NCBI RefSeq assembly: GCF_009914755.1
Contig: NC_060938.1
Strand: one strand, 5' to 3'
From: the human T2T-CHM13v2.0 reference genome, Homo sapiens
DNA length: 64,000 bases
Shown one piece after another: positions 38,687-51,492 of the stretch (positions within the stretch are counted from its first letter, which is position 1; each line of letters begins with the position of its first letter). The notes beneath the pieces were generated by a model. The model was not told the DNA's origin. It did no database searches and worked only from the letters and a program-made list of their open reading frames with translations. A program made the translations under genes and the position numbers.

Positions 38687-38828
38687 CCCCTCCCTCCTCC
38701 ATCCCTCTGACTCAGGGCAATGTCAGTTTCTGGGCTGCATTATAATAGTTAACTTTCTCAGGTCCAACAGAACATGGCACATCTACTGCCTTCTCAAAAG
38801 ACCTCTCTCAGAAATTGATGGGATAAAA

Positions 38829-39191
38829 TGTCTTCGTCTGTTTGGGCCCCTATAATAAAGTGCCATAGACTGGGTGGCTTATCAACAATAAGCCAAATTT
38901 ATTTCTCACAATTCTGGAGACTGGAAAGTCCAAGATCAAGGTGCCAGCAGATTCGGTGTCCAGCAAGGGCCTGCCTCCTCATGGACAGCCACCTTCTCAC
39001 TCCAACTTCACATGGTGAAGGGGCAAGGGGTCTGTCTTGGGCTTCCTTTATAAGGGCACTAATGCCGTGCATGTGGACTCTGCCCCCCATGACATAATCA
39101 CCTCCCAAAGTCCCTGCTTCTAATACCATCACCCTGAGGGTGGAGATTTCAACATATGGATTTTGGGGGACATACCATTCATACCATAGCA
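38829..39191 (-). mobile_element. MaLR solo LTR (MLT1A0-like)
   Basis: atagactgggtggctta...aagtccaagatcaaggtgccagcagattcggtgtc...tttcaacatatggattttggggg...catagca. Confidence 0.9.
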
Positions 39192-40649
39192 GACTAGGAT
39201 GCAATGCCGGGTTCCCTGGGGTTAAAGCAGAAATGTGCACAGCTCTCTGTGCAGATGAAAGGCCTGAATGTGGGTGTCTGTGTAATCGTCTGCTGCCTGG
39301 ATTTTGTTATATGAGCCTAAGTCCCCCTGATTGCTGAAATTAGCAGTTCAGCATTGCAGGTCCAGCTGTCACTTGAAACTGCTTTGGGTGAAGGCCTGGC
39401 CTTTCCCCTCTGGTCCCTGAATGCGAACATCTCTCCCACTGCAGAGATGGCTCGACAACCTGCTCAATGACCCATGTCCGCAGCAACCATCAATGGCTTC
39501 TCTGCCGAAATAACGGCCCCACATTATGCTTAGAAAAGCAAAGGCTGAAGGCGCATGGATGACTCATTAAAGAACAGTGCAGCACTCACTTAGGGGAGGA
39601 ATAAAAAGTGACATGGTGTCTTCCCACTGCCATGCCCACCTGTGTCTTACCAAAATGCACAGTAGCTTCCAACTAAAACCACGCTGACTGATCGAGACCA
39701 GGGAGCTCATGTTCTAGTTCCCTCAATTTCCCCCTTGACCCCGTTCATCACATGTTGTACTATTACCTGTCTGGTGCCTGCCTCCTTGGCAAGATTGTGA
39801 GCCTCATGAGAGGTAGAGCTTTGTCTTCTCTGCTGTAGCCCCAGTACCTAGCATAGAGTAGAGGCCTTTATTTATCTATCTAAAATTTATTTTTGGGAGA
39901 CTGACTCTTAACTTGCAGCCTCAGGAAACCAATTCCCGCATGGACCAGGAGTCCTATACCCACAGGCTGTTGCTTTAAGGCCATTGCTAAGCAGACTCTA
40001 GAGACTCTAGGGGCAGATGTGTCCTCTGTGATACCTCTTGCTCCTTGCCCAGGGCAGCCAACTCACTGCCTTCATGGAAGGCAGCTGAGAGAAAAGAAGC
40101 AATGACTCAGCTGGCTTCTAGATGGGTCCTGCACCAGAGGTCTCTCTCTCTCCCCAACCATATTCCCCCACCTCTCCTGTGAGTCATCTCTGATTCATCA
40201 ACCTCCCTTCTCCTAGAAAATCTAGGGGGCTCCTTTCAGGATGCCCTAGGAGCTTCTCTGAGGGGTCTCCAGAAAAGGAGCTGCTCTACTCCTGCAGATG
40301 AAGCTCTCAGTTAAGGCCTGAAGCTATGCTGCCCACTGTGCCCATGAAAGCTGTCACGGTGACTGTGGCTTCCCTGGTGCTATGTATGACGTGGCCAGAA
40401 GCTCATCACCAGGCAGCAACTGAGACCTGGAATTTGTTGCTCCTGGAGTCTCCCTGCAACCATGAAAGCACTAGTGTTTCTCTGGAGCCTGATGCACACG
40501 CATGCGTGTTTCTCTCTCTCCCTCTCTCTCTTTCTCTCTCTCTTACACAATGCAGTCCTACTGCACACCCCAACATGAAAGGGCTCTACCCCCACAGGAT
40601 CTCTACATTTGCAAGTGAGGTCCTAACTATCCGTAGGGAAAATAAGAGT

Positions 40650-43600
40650 TTCCAAGAGTTTTAAAGCCTTTTATTTGTTTACACATTCTCTAAATTGCAG
40701 ACAAAAGATTCACTACGTGGGTAGTCAACATTGCTAACCAATCACAGAACAAGATACTAACCACAGCAAGGAAGGGGTAGGGGCTTGTGACTCAGTCTTT
40801 GAGAACGTGCGAGCATTCCATGGGATATCGAGGGGTCCCAAAGAAGAAGGCTGCTCGATCCCCACATTCTTCATCTCATCAGCGACAGGTCTCCCTCCCA
40901 GAACCCCATCAGGACAGGAGAAAAGGCAGCAAGAGAGGTGGGGTGGTCCTGGCACGTGGGCCACCAGTCTTCTGAATGAAGAGTGAGTCCCGGGTCAGGA
41001 GTCCACATCAGGTGTGGGCTGCTTCCAATCTGTAGGTTCTCCTGGAGATTGTCACAATCTGCCAGCTCTCTGGGAATCACAGAACCATCATGTCCCCTTA
41101 GGATGGCAGAAGATGTGGCACAGCCTCAATCTCCAACACTGAAACACTGAGAGAGCTTGATACGTTCCTTAGGCAGGGCAGAAACATCACAGCACTTCAC
41201 GTTAGGAACCACGAAAGAGTGGGAACCTGACACACGTGGGAAGGGCACATCCCCAGAGGACAGAGGACAAGGGTGGCACACACACCTACAGAGACCGCAA
41301 CCACATCACAGTGAAGGAGGAGGACAGCTAACGGGGTGGGAGGTGGGAGCTTTTTGTTTGTCTGTTGCTGTCGTTGCTTTTTAGAGAAGCCAGGGTGGGC
41401 CAAATGGAGATATTGTCTCAAGACCATTACACACAGCTTCCCAAATCTGTAGCCCTTTTCTGTAACCTCATGAAAGCTGTGTCAGACTCAGTCCTGGTCT
41501 GAAGTACCAAAGCAGCCCAAGGCAAAACCTCATCTGCAAGAGGCAATGCGGCGTTGGGTCCCAAGGATCAGTGGGGAGGGTGTTCAAAAGAGCAAAAAGG
41601 GAAACCCTCTTTCATAGGCATTTCTCTCACTGGAGACCCACTCTCTTGGTCATTCCTTTATGACTGAGAGTCTCAGAAGGAGTTGTGAGTGTGAGGTAAA
41701 AGAGACAAGCAAGCATTTTGGAATGATGGGGATAAAATGTTGCAGTGGCTTCCCTCTCTGGTGCCCATACCTGGAAGAAGCAATCCCAGGTTTGCTTCGT
41801 ATCTGCAGGTCTAGAGACATCAATGGAGGCAGCAATTGGAGATCTCAGTGTGTTTCCAGGGTCTCTGACTCAACTAGAGGGCATCCAAGGCCTGGTGGAG
41901 CCTGTGCAGGCCTGAGCTTCCTCGTGGAGCAGCAGGTAGGCAGCTCATTCCCAGGGACCTGGTCATCCTTCCTACCATAGGAGCCACCTGCCAAAGCCCA
42001 CCCAGAGGAATCCCAGCGTTCACAAATGGAGGCGCCCTCACCAAAGCCACTGGACCAGCCTGTCCCTGAGAAGAGACACAGAGGGGCTTCAGCAATGAGA
42101 AGAAGAAAACCAATTTCTTTTGGCTTCTTAGCAGAGATGCTCCATGTCTTGGCTGTCAGAGAAATTGAGCTTACAAATTGCCCTCACCCTGAACCCACTT
42201 GGCAACGGGGAGATGACCTGGTTGAGGTCTAGTTCTGGCTTTTGTGAATCGACCGTGTGACGTAGACAGCACAGCATCAGGCCAGGAAGGCGCCTGATGA
42301 GACCGTGTTCTCAGCCTGAGAGCGCGCTCAAGGGCAGGTGGGAGATGGAGCCTTCTCAGAGCTCAGCCACTGGCTCTTGGGCTCCCAGGTTCATCCCTCA
42401 AGGAGCTGGGGACCTGAGGGCTCAGGGCCCACCACTGGCTGCCTGGGGGAAGTGCTGCCAGTCTGGTGTGGAAAGGGTCCAAGTCAGAGGCCTTTGCCTC
42501 ACCCCTTCCACCAGCAGGGCCATTCAGAGAAGTCTTGGCTCAAAAGAACGTTGCCCACAGGCTTTCAAGTAGGTGAGTGGACCAAACCCCTGCATGCTTT
42601 TCAGGCTGTCACGCACTTTAAAACCAGACTCACAGCCAAGCCTTGTGTCCCTGACTACCTCCACAGAGATCACCAGAATTCTCCTCACTGGGAGTCATGT
42701 GCCATCCAGGGCCCCAGAGGAGCCTTCCCTTGGGCCACCCCCCACAGAGAAGCTATAGCTCTGAGCCAACATCCACACATGGACAGATACACACCTTCCC
42801 CCAAGCCCAGGCATTTTGCTTGAAAGCAAGGTTGGTGTGGCTTCTTCAGGGAATAACTCAAAGCTGAAATCTGGCTGTGACACGTGTGGAGAAAAGGAAA
42901 GATGAAACAAACGGTTTATTCCTAATGCTGTCAACACAAACAACTGAGAGTCTAAGCCAGCACGAAGCTAGGATCTGACAAGCACCTGGCCAAAGGTGAG
43001 CATGGAAGGTTTGCTGAAAACCTCTCTGATGCTGGGTTTCATCCCTGCACACACCAGCAGTGCCAGATACAGGCGTGGGGCAGCTGACCTTGCTGGGGTC
43101 TGGTGGAGTGTGCCCAATCTGTACTTGAAGCCCCCACCCCCCCAGTCCCGCTCTCTGCTTTCTCTAGCAGGGAAAAGACCACTGTGGGGGTCATTTTCTG
43201 CCTCTGATCAGGCCCTGCCAGTTGCACCTCCCTGCCTTCCACCCCAGAAACCCACAAGCAGCTCTGGGGACACTGGCTGCCCAACACACTCCAGGCCAGG
43301 TGACTTCATCAGTTCACCAGTTTTAATGCTGAGGATGCTGTCATCCAAGGGCATCCAGTGCTTGGAAAAGCAGATTAAAGCAACTAGGCTGAGGTCATCT
43401 GTTTTCTTCCCCCGACCCCTCAGCCTCCACAGGGTAGAAATCACTGGATGCCTCCACCTGCTTGTCTTCTACTGAGGAACACGCATCCTCAACAGAGAAA
43501 CCTACATATACTTACACCTTCCGTGATGGCGCGATACTTGACCTACAATCACGATTGCTTGGCAGAGCTTAATTTCATGGCTGAAAAGCAACTTGAAGGC

Positions 43601-44613
43601 TAGGCCAGCATGCGGTTTATTTTCCAGCCCCTACAGGACCTAGAGCATTGCCTCGCACACAGTCGATGCCCTGCCAAGGGTTTTAATTTAGCCAGTAACA
43701 GCCTGCCCTGCAATGATTCATGGCAGGCAAAAGATGGGTTCATTTTCCTTCAGAGGAAAAACCCCCAGGGTGGACAACCATGGCAGATGAGTGGGGGGCA
43801 GCTTGGATGGACTCTGTTCCCTTTCCTGGCCAGAGGAGCACAAATGCCCCCTAAGCATCTGACCATTCATTGCAAAAGCATGACCCATCTGCTTTCCCAA
43901 ATGCCATGTGGACCAGACGCATTGGTGAGCCAGGGACGCCCTGCCTACCTACCCCGCCTCTCTCCAGCCACCTGCTCCCCACCTCCTCTGCTCTGAGATA
44001 ATCATTCTATATTTTCATGCTCTTGCTCACATATCAGGCAGTGTTTCTGTCCTTTTTTTTTTTCTAGTACCTAATTTAGGCTTCTTCAACTACATGTTGA
44101 AAATGTGCACGGGGTATATTTTCTTTTTCCTATACGCCACTGTTGCTTCCCACTTCCCACCTCCACCCCACTCCTTAGCATCTATCACGGCAGAGGGAAG
44201 GGAGGAAACAGTGCAGGGAAGGGAGAGGGCAGGAGGAGAATCAGGGTCTCAGTGGGGAGTAGACATGGAAGGGCAAACCAAGTCCGTATAAACCACAAAC
44301 CCCATTCTAGCCATAAAAGCTTTGCATCCCTTTGATAGCAGAATTGAGACTTTTGAAGTACCCAACTATTGCCAAATATCTTTCATGAAAAGAAGCATAG
44401 GTGAACGAAGGGAAGAGAAGGAGAGAGGTCGCGGAGCCAGTAGCTTTCCAAGCACAAGGCTCCCTTTGCAACCCTGGTGGCTGTGCAGAGGCTGAGAGCT
44501 GGAGGAGCAGGACTGGAGAAGACTTCAGGAAAGATGCACCTTGCCTGGCAGCCCCTGGCTCTCCCTCTTGTCCTGGAGCAACATCAAAGTTTCCCTTTGG
44601 TTCATTAAGTAGG

Positions 44614-44666
<53 letters not shown>

Positions 44667-44942
44667 TGCGTGCACGCACGCGCATGCACATGGGCATTCC
44701 TGTTCTCATCATCAATATTCATAACATTGAAATGAAGAACAGAGATGCAGAGAGGCGAGCAAATGAGCAAATGGGATGCAGTGAGTGAAAATATAACCTG
44801 GGAGTCTGTAGGGTTGTGTTGCTGAGGGAATATATAGGCCCCAGGGGCTCACAGGCCTCTGCCATTTCCTACAAGGCCCACTTACCTGCCCTCCCGTCCC
44901 CACCATGGCCGCGTTTATTTGCTAGACAGGGTTGGTGCCAGC
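40650..44942 (-). ncRNA. Hypothetical spliced lncRNA (3' portion); inferred from signals only
   Basis: CAG|GTAAGT donor at 44886; 65-nt exon 43580-43516 (ttgcttttcag acceptor, GTAAGT donor); tctctgtag acceptor at 41285; AATAAA at 40675-40670. Confidence 0.25.
44614..44692. repeat. (GT)n microsatellite with a CpG-containing alternating purine-pyrimidine extension
   Basis: About 22 GT units then atgtgcgtgcgtgcacgcacgcgcatgcacatg; strict RY alternation over 79 bp. Confidence 0.95.
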
Positions 44943-45444
44943 CTACAGGGCCATTTTGCTCAATGCCTGGGCTAGAGGTCATGATAAGTAATTATATCTC
45001 TGTCCAAGAGGGTTCTGGCTGCCTGCCAGTCCTGGTTCCTGCCTTCCTCTGGCCTGCCCTGGGAAATGTCGCCATCAGCAAAATACTCCCTTCTCCTGGT
45101 GGAGCCAAAGAAGGGGAACTGTGGAAGGTCCCTCTCTCAAGGCCACCTGCCCTATGACCTGAGGTTGGCACTGGAGCAGAGAAAGGGAAGGAGTGGGGAC
45201 AGAAGCTGGAACAAAGGGCCCTGGGGAGTCACCTCAGGACCCCCTCACAGCCAGGGCTCACTCAGAACCCAGAGAGAGCCTGTTCCCAGGAACCCACTCA
45301 CTTCCAAATCTTTCCCCTCATGCAGGGAGTTCCCTGTTCCTTCTAGAAAACCCATGGTACGGAACTGGCAAGCCCGGACCCCTCCTCCTCAGAGTTTCCT
45401 GACAGCTCTTCCTTTGGGCCTCTCTTCTAGCTGCCTGGGCTGCG

Positions 45445-45463
45445 CACATGGAGGGGGCGCCCG
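45445..45463 (+). promoter_or_regulatory. Candidate CTCF site
   Basis: catggAGGGGGCGCccg matches the 3' core of CCASYAGRKGGCRS; local CpG retention. Confidence 0.45.
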
Positions 45464-46834
45464 CCGCACAGCCAGGCCTCCCCAGGGACAGCTGCTGAGA
45501 GGCTCTAAGGCAGTTCCCACTCGCTCTGCCTGGGAGGTTGTCTATCCTCCCACATCCCGGGTGCCCAGCAGGAAGCACCCCCATCTTCCTCTCCCCTCCT
45601 TCCCCCTGCCCCACTCTCAGCTGTCCACTCACAGACCAGAGGGTCTCCAGCCTCCCTAGGAAGGGGTTCCCAGCTCTCCAAGACCCACCACCAGCTGCCC
45701 AAAGGCCTTGAACCAACCCATCTGTCCCATTGTTTCCACACTCAGGGCTGGTGGCCGTGGCCTCTGGCAGAGAATCATAAGCAGACTCCCAAACCCTGGG
45801 AATGCTCAGAAATGGGGGAGGGAGCCCCAACCCCCAGACAGCTATGGAGCCCACCTTCTGACCACGGACCAGTTAGACTCTATGGCAAGCTGGGGTTCAG
45901 GTAGGGAGATTCATAGGCCTGAGGCAAATTAAAACAGCTGTTCCCCACCATCACCATCCTTCCCCTTCACCTGGTATCCAAAAGCATACTTTGGGGATGG
46001 GAGTAAGATTTCAAAACGGGCAACACACAGCAGGAAGAGGAGGAGCTCTGTCCACTTTGCAGAGGGGAGAGGAGCAGGATGGCCAGTCCCCCTCTTCCCT
46101 TCCCAGCTACTGGTGTCCTGGGCTTGGGGGACAGGGGCCTGGGGGCCTGACCCCTCTGGTAGCAGTGCCTGGAAATGCTTCACTCCCCAAGGCTGCAGGC
46201 ATGATCCAGCCCTCCCTCACTGCCTTCTCTCCCCAGCTGGGTGAGGGGCTTACTTTGCCCTCAGAAGCATCCCTGAAACCCCACACAACCAACGGGCGGC
46301 CTCAAGAAAGAGGGAGCTGAATCAGTGTTCAGAACTGGGCAGAGGTTTGGCCTTTTTACAAAATAATAATAATAATAATCTGTTGCCCAGGATCACAAGC
46401 CTCAGAAAAAAAAAAAAGAGTTACAATCACTGTTCACTCCCACCTGCTGCCCTCCAGCTCCTTAGCTCGAGGATTTCTCCCTGAGGACATCCAGCTCTCT
46501 GCCTTTTTCCACCAGAGATCCTCACCCCTCCCAAATGCCCTCCCACCCTCCCTTCCCCAGGCACCCCTGTCTTTCTCCCTCCCCAGGAATGGAAGCCTGC
46601 TAAAAGGGACACCAAGTCACCACTGCTACCAGGAGCCAGGCCTGGGACTTGCGGCATCCTGTGGGAGTGTGAGCGTGGCTCTGGCCAGAGCCAACTTCTC
46701 CCTCGGGCTGAGACATGGGGACCCCCTGAAGAGGGGCTAGGAGGGGCAGCCGGGGAGTGAGAGAAGAAGGGGCTGCTTCTGTCCCAGCACTTCCACGACA
46801 GGCTAAAAACCAGCCTGGGGGGCAGGGATGTGGT

Positions 46835-46980
46835 CCTCAGGGCCCGCCCTGGGCCACGGGCGGCGCAACACCCCCTACCTCCTCACACACAGACCCAAAG
46901 AGGAGACTATAAGCCCCTCTTCTTTGAGTCCTGAGGCCTGAGGTTGCCAGCAACCTTTCTTCAGCGGCATAAAAGAGCAC
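46835..46980. promoter_or_regulatory. Promoter-like GC-box patch
   Basis: cccgccc and gggcgg SP boxes, several CpGs, TATAAG and CATAAAA TATA-like words. Confidence 0.3.
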
Positions 46981-47759
46981 AGGTCTCCTCCACTTGCCCC
47001 GAAAGGAAAAGTAATAACAATCATCTCATTTTTCTTCCTTAAAACATCAAAACTTTTTAAGCGGAGGGTTGAAAGGAAGCGGGCTGTATTCAAAGCACGA
47101 ATACAAAAATGCACCAGGAGTGTGCAACCCTCCAGGGTATCATGAAACCATCACTGTGAAACCCAAACCCTCCCCCAACTTCAAAACCTGTTCTCTTCCC
47201 CAGTTCTGGAGGAATCTGGCCTCCTTCCCTCCCTTCCACCCACCCACAGGCTCTTCCCTGGTTCCAGTCGGCTGGGCTCAGCCTGCCCAGGCTTCCGGCT
47301 TCCTACCTCGCCCTGGGGCAGGGACAGGAGCAGGGGAGCCTTGGGACCTGCTGGCTCCTGCTTCAGGGGCGATGAGTCAGTGAGGGGTTCCAAAGGAAAG
47401 CCAGAATGTCAATCTCCTAGCAGGAGCCCTGTTTCTATTTCCACATAATGTTGCCTGCACTGGATTTGCTACAGATCCAAAAAGCAGGGTTTCAAAAATG
47501 CCTACAGGAAACAGGATTTCCACTTCCGGTTGGGTCTGGCAGCCTCACCTCTCTGGTTTGCTGGAGCCACAGTACAGAGGGGTGAAGCCCAGCAAAGTTC
47601 TCCTGGCTGTTCCCAGCATTTGAGCCGGAAGACAACCACATCATTATCTCCATTTGGTGGCCTCTGCAGAAAATGACAATAGCTACCATGGAGTGGGGAC
47701 CATCATCATGCCAGACCCGGGCCAGGATCTTTACCAATGTCACCTTGAATACCTGCAAA

Positions 47760-48370
47760 GACCATGCTGGATAGGCCATGTTTCCCCACCTTACAGACAT
47801 GTGAAATGAGGCTCAGAGAGTTGAAGTCATTGGCCCAAGGTCAGTCAGCTAGAAAGTGGCAGTGTTGGTCGGAAAGTGAGCGTTACCCATGAACTGAAAC
47901 AAATCATAGCCCTCTCTAAAAGTCACCTTTCCATTCTCAACTGCATTAATCTTATAGAAGGAGTATCCTGAGTACCTTCATTTTAAAGTCCCCAACCCCA
48001 TGTACATCCCTCACCTCCACCCCACAGCCCATGCAAGTCATGATTTCCTTGGTCGCAGCCCAGCCCTGGCAATATAAACTCCCTTTGGTCACAAGGGAGA
48101 TTTGAAGAAGACGTCTAACATTGGCTAATGCACACAAGAAGGCGGACATGGAAAACATCCGGAGTTCTTCCCAGACAAGCATGGCTCTGCAGTGCTTGTT
48201 TATGTAACATGATGCTTAAGAGTCCCAGTGTCACTCTGGAATAGGCAGGGCAAGTGTTACTATCTCCACTTTCCAGGTGGGCAATTGAGGTTCAGGGAGG
48301 TTAGGTGACTTGCCCAGTGTCACACAGCTACTCCATGGCAGAGGCAACACAAAAACTCTGATCCTTCACA
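47760..48370 (-). mobile_element. Two MIR fragments
   Basis: tgaggctcagagagttgaagtcattggcccaaggtca; gaggttcagggaggttaggtgacttgcccagtgtcacacagcta. Confidence 0.8.
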
Positions 48371-51329
48371 TGCATCCTATGATTCTATCTCATTCTCTGG
48401 GGTTCAAAAAAAAGAGACCAATTTAAAGTTTACCAACCCCGTCCTCTTTTGAACACAGAGGTGATAAATGTGACCACGGAGACTTTTGTCTGCTTGTAGT
48501 ACCCTGACAGTGCCAGCCCACAAGCTGGCTTGCTATCCCCGCTTTCCAGATGGGGAAACTGAGGCCTCCAAAGATGAAGAATGGGTTGGGCCCATTCTTC
48601 AGGGAGTAATGAAGCTGAGAGGGGAACTCCGGGGCCATCCTAACGTCACTCCAGAGCCCTGACCCTCACCAGTGCAGGCAAGTTCCAGTGCCCTGCCTTG
48701 GCCTGGGAGACCCAGCTGAGGCTCAGCTTGTGTAGGCAGAGCAGACATGGGGCTGAGATCGAACAGGGCTGCCCTATCACCTGCACTTCTGTGGAAAACA
48801 AATTTGCACATACTCTGAAGAGGACGTGTGAAGTTGTAGAGCCACAGTTTGGGGTTTCGGACTTGCTTTTTAAACTTTTAAGCTATTGTGGCACTTGGGA
48901 ACATTTGGGGAACTTTTTTTTCTAAATTTAAATTAAAATGACGCTCAAAACCAATTATTAGCCTTTGGAGACAGCCTGCTTTGGGTTTTGTGGGAAGAGA
49001 GAGAGCTGGAGTAGTCAGGAGAAAAAATGTGCCCCTCTGATGGAATGTCACCCTCCCTATCCCTCCCTGGGCCTTCAGGATTCAGACAAGCTCACCGACC
49101 AGCAGGCGGAAGGAAATTACTTATGAGGAAGATGAAAATTCCATCCGGTCGGGGGCCCTTTAAATGAGACCATTATGTATGTGTGTGATTCCCTCTGAGG
49201 CCACAGGCCCCTGCAGGAGAGTGACCCCCATCGCTTGCCACAGGTCACTCTGCTGAAGCGTGGGGGAGACCCACACTGCTTGGTTTCATGCCAGGCTGCC
49301 CTGGGTCCACTGGCCAAGAGCAATTAGCCTAGAGAGGAGCACTCCTGCCGAGGGACAGCACAAATACTGCGGCCGGGCAGAGGTGGCCCAACTAGCCCGA
49401 GTCTCCGGGAGCGTCCTCAGGAGCTGAAGAACTAAAAATAACCTGGGCCTTTGTTGTGAGCAGCCAGACCACAGAGATGGAGCTGATTTCAGAGAAGCCA
49501 AGCATGCGCGAGGGTTCCGCTCACCGAGACCTGCCCTTTGGGCAAATGATTTTTCCAGAAATATGTCAGTTATTGTGCTGCTGCTGCGATTCAAAGTCAG
49601 CCCAATCCGCTCCAGCCCTCGGGGCTATCTTCCAACACACAGAGTTCTCGGAAGCTCAGCCTCCCCACCTCTTTCTTCTAGACACATTTTTTTTTGAAAA
49701 CAAGAGTCCTGCATGTTTGGGGAGCTTAGGAGACAAGAGCAGCCCCCGCACTGAGAGTTCTAAAATGTGGCCACCCTGGTCGTGAATAATGACCATGTCA
49801 CCCTAATTATTTGTTTAGATAACAATCTTCTCTCCCCCATCCTAAAATTCCCAGTCAGGTCTCAGTAGACAATAGCGAACAAACACTACGTGGAAGGAAG
49901 AAATTACTTGGAAAAAGGAATTCAGAGCGTCGCATCAATACTGAAGGTTTCTCAAAGCTGCAGCCCCCTGTATCCAGCATTCGGACACATGATTGGGCAG
50001 CCTTCGCTCCCCTTCCTGGTTCTTCAGTCCCACCAGGAGAAGCTGAACCAGGTCTCCAGAACCAGGTGGGCTGAGAGGCAGAGGCTTGACCGTCTTCCTC
50101 TGTCCATAGGCCATGACTGGTCTCACCTAAAGGATGCCCCAGCTCTGAAGGTCAAGGAACCAGCCTGGCCTCTTGCAAAGTCTCTCCCGATGGATAACAA
50201 GTACTGACTGGCTATGGCGGGGCCTTGGCACCATTTCCACAATGTTTCCTCCCATGTCTCTGCGCGTCTCCCTCCCTCCCCGCCCCCATCTAGTAACTTT
50301 AAGCAGTGGCTCAAGACCAGGCTGGCTGTGGATGCCACTGCTGGGGTTCTAGAAGGCAACTCTTTGTCTCCACAGACACCAAGGAACAAGAAAGGGTTTC
50401 AAGACCCCAAGTCTAGAAGTTTCCAGTGAGGCTTGCCATAAACGACAACTTCTCCACAGCCCTTTGTTCCTCAGGTGAGAATTTCAGGATGCAGACCCTA
50501 AGCTGGGGGCACGGGGGCTGTGCCAAGATTTCTTGGAACACAATAGATAAAAAAACACCACACTACACACAAGTAATGGATGAGTGGTCAGGAAATGGCT
50601 TCCCTTAAAATGGGAACCAATGAGAGGGCCTCGGTGCTAGGGTAAAAGTGAGAGGGGTTCCACAGGGCTGGGGCCGGAGGTGTTCTCCCAAAGTGCAACT
50701 TCCTTCCGGTAGAGACAAGGAGGTGCTGGCTGAAGTTCCGTACATATCGGGGGAGGTCAGGAGATGCCTCACCCTCTTCGTTCCATGTGTCCCTGCCCCT
50801 CTGGGACTATTTCTTTTCCTTGCAGTTGGTCTGGCTGGATATGTGGGAGGAGGGCGCGTTCTGGTTTGAACTGGGCTCTGCTTTAGGATCTCCAGCAGCG
50901 AGTCACATTCTGTGACCTGGGGCCCTAGGCCTGGCAGCCAAAGGCTGAGGCTTTCTCTTTGAGCAGTTCCCAGCATAAGTGGCAGCTCCAGCTTCCTGCA
51001 AGAAATGAGACGGCTTTAGTAGCAGCCCCTCTGCTAACTCTGGAGCCCCACCCCACTGGCCCTAACTTCTTGTAAATCCTGTTTCCTTTGAACTTTGGCA
51101 ATGCAGAAACCAAGTCCCAGGCCTGAAAACGTGCCAGAGTCTGTGGCTCAGCAGAAAGCAGGTGCTCAGAGGAGATGGGCTCAACTCTTATCAAGACCCT
51201 CACTACTAGCGTCATGCCTCCAAACTAGTGTCGCCGGGCCTGCGCCAGTTCTCCTGGAAGCTCACACCTCCCGGTCATCTCCACTGCATGTCTGGGAAAA
51301 ACTTCCTTGGCCCTCAAGTTGAAATTTCA

Positions 51330-51492
51330 GCTGCTTGGACTGTGCCTCAGTTTCCTCATCTGTAAAATGGCAGTCGTCGTACCTACCTTGTGGGGTTGTG
51401 ATGATTAAATGAGACAAGACATGAACATGTAAACCCATTAGCATAAGGCCTGTACCATAGTGAGAGCTCAGTAAGTGCTAGTAGTAGTAGTA
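51330..51492 (+). mobile_element. MIR (MIRb-like)
   Basis: gtgcctcagtttcctcatctgtaaaatgg...ggttgtgatgattaaatgaga. Confidence 0.9.
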
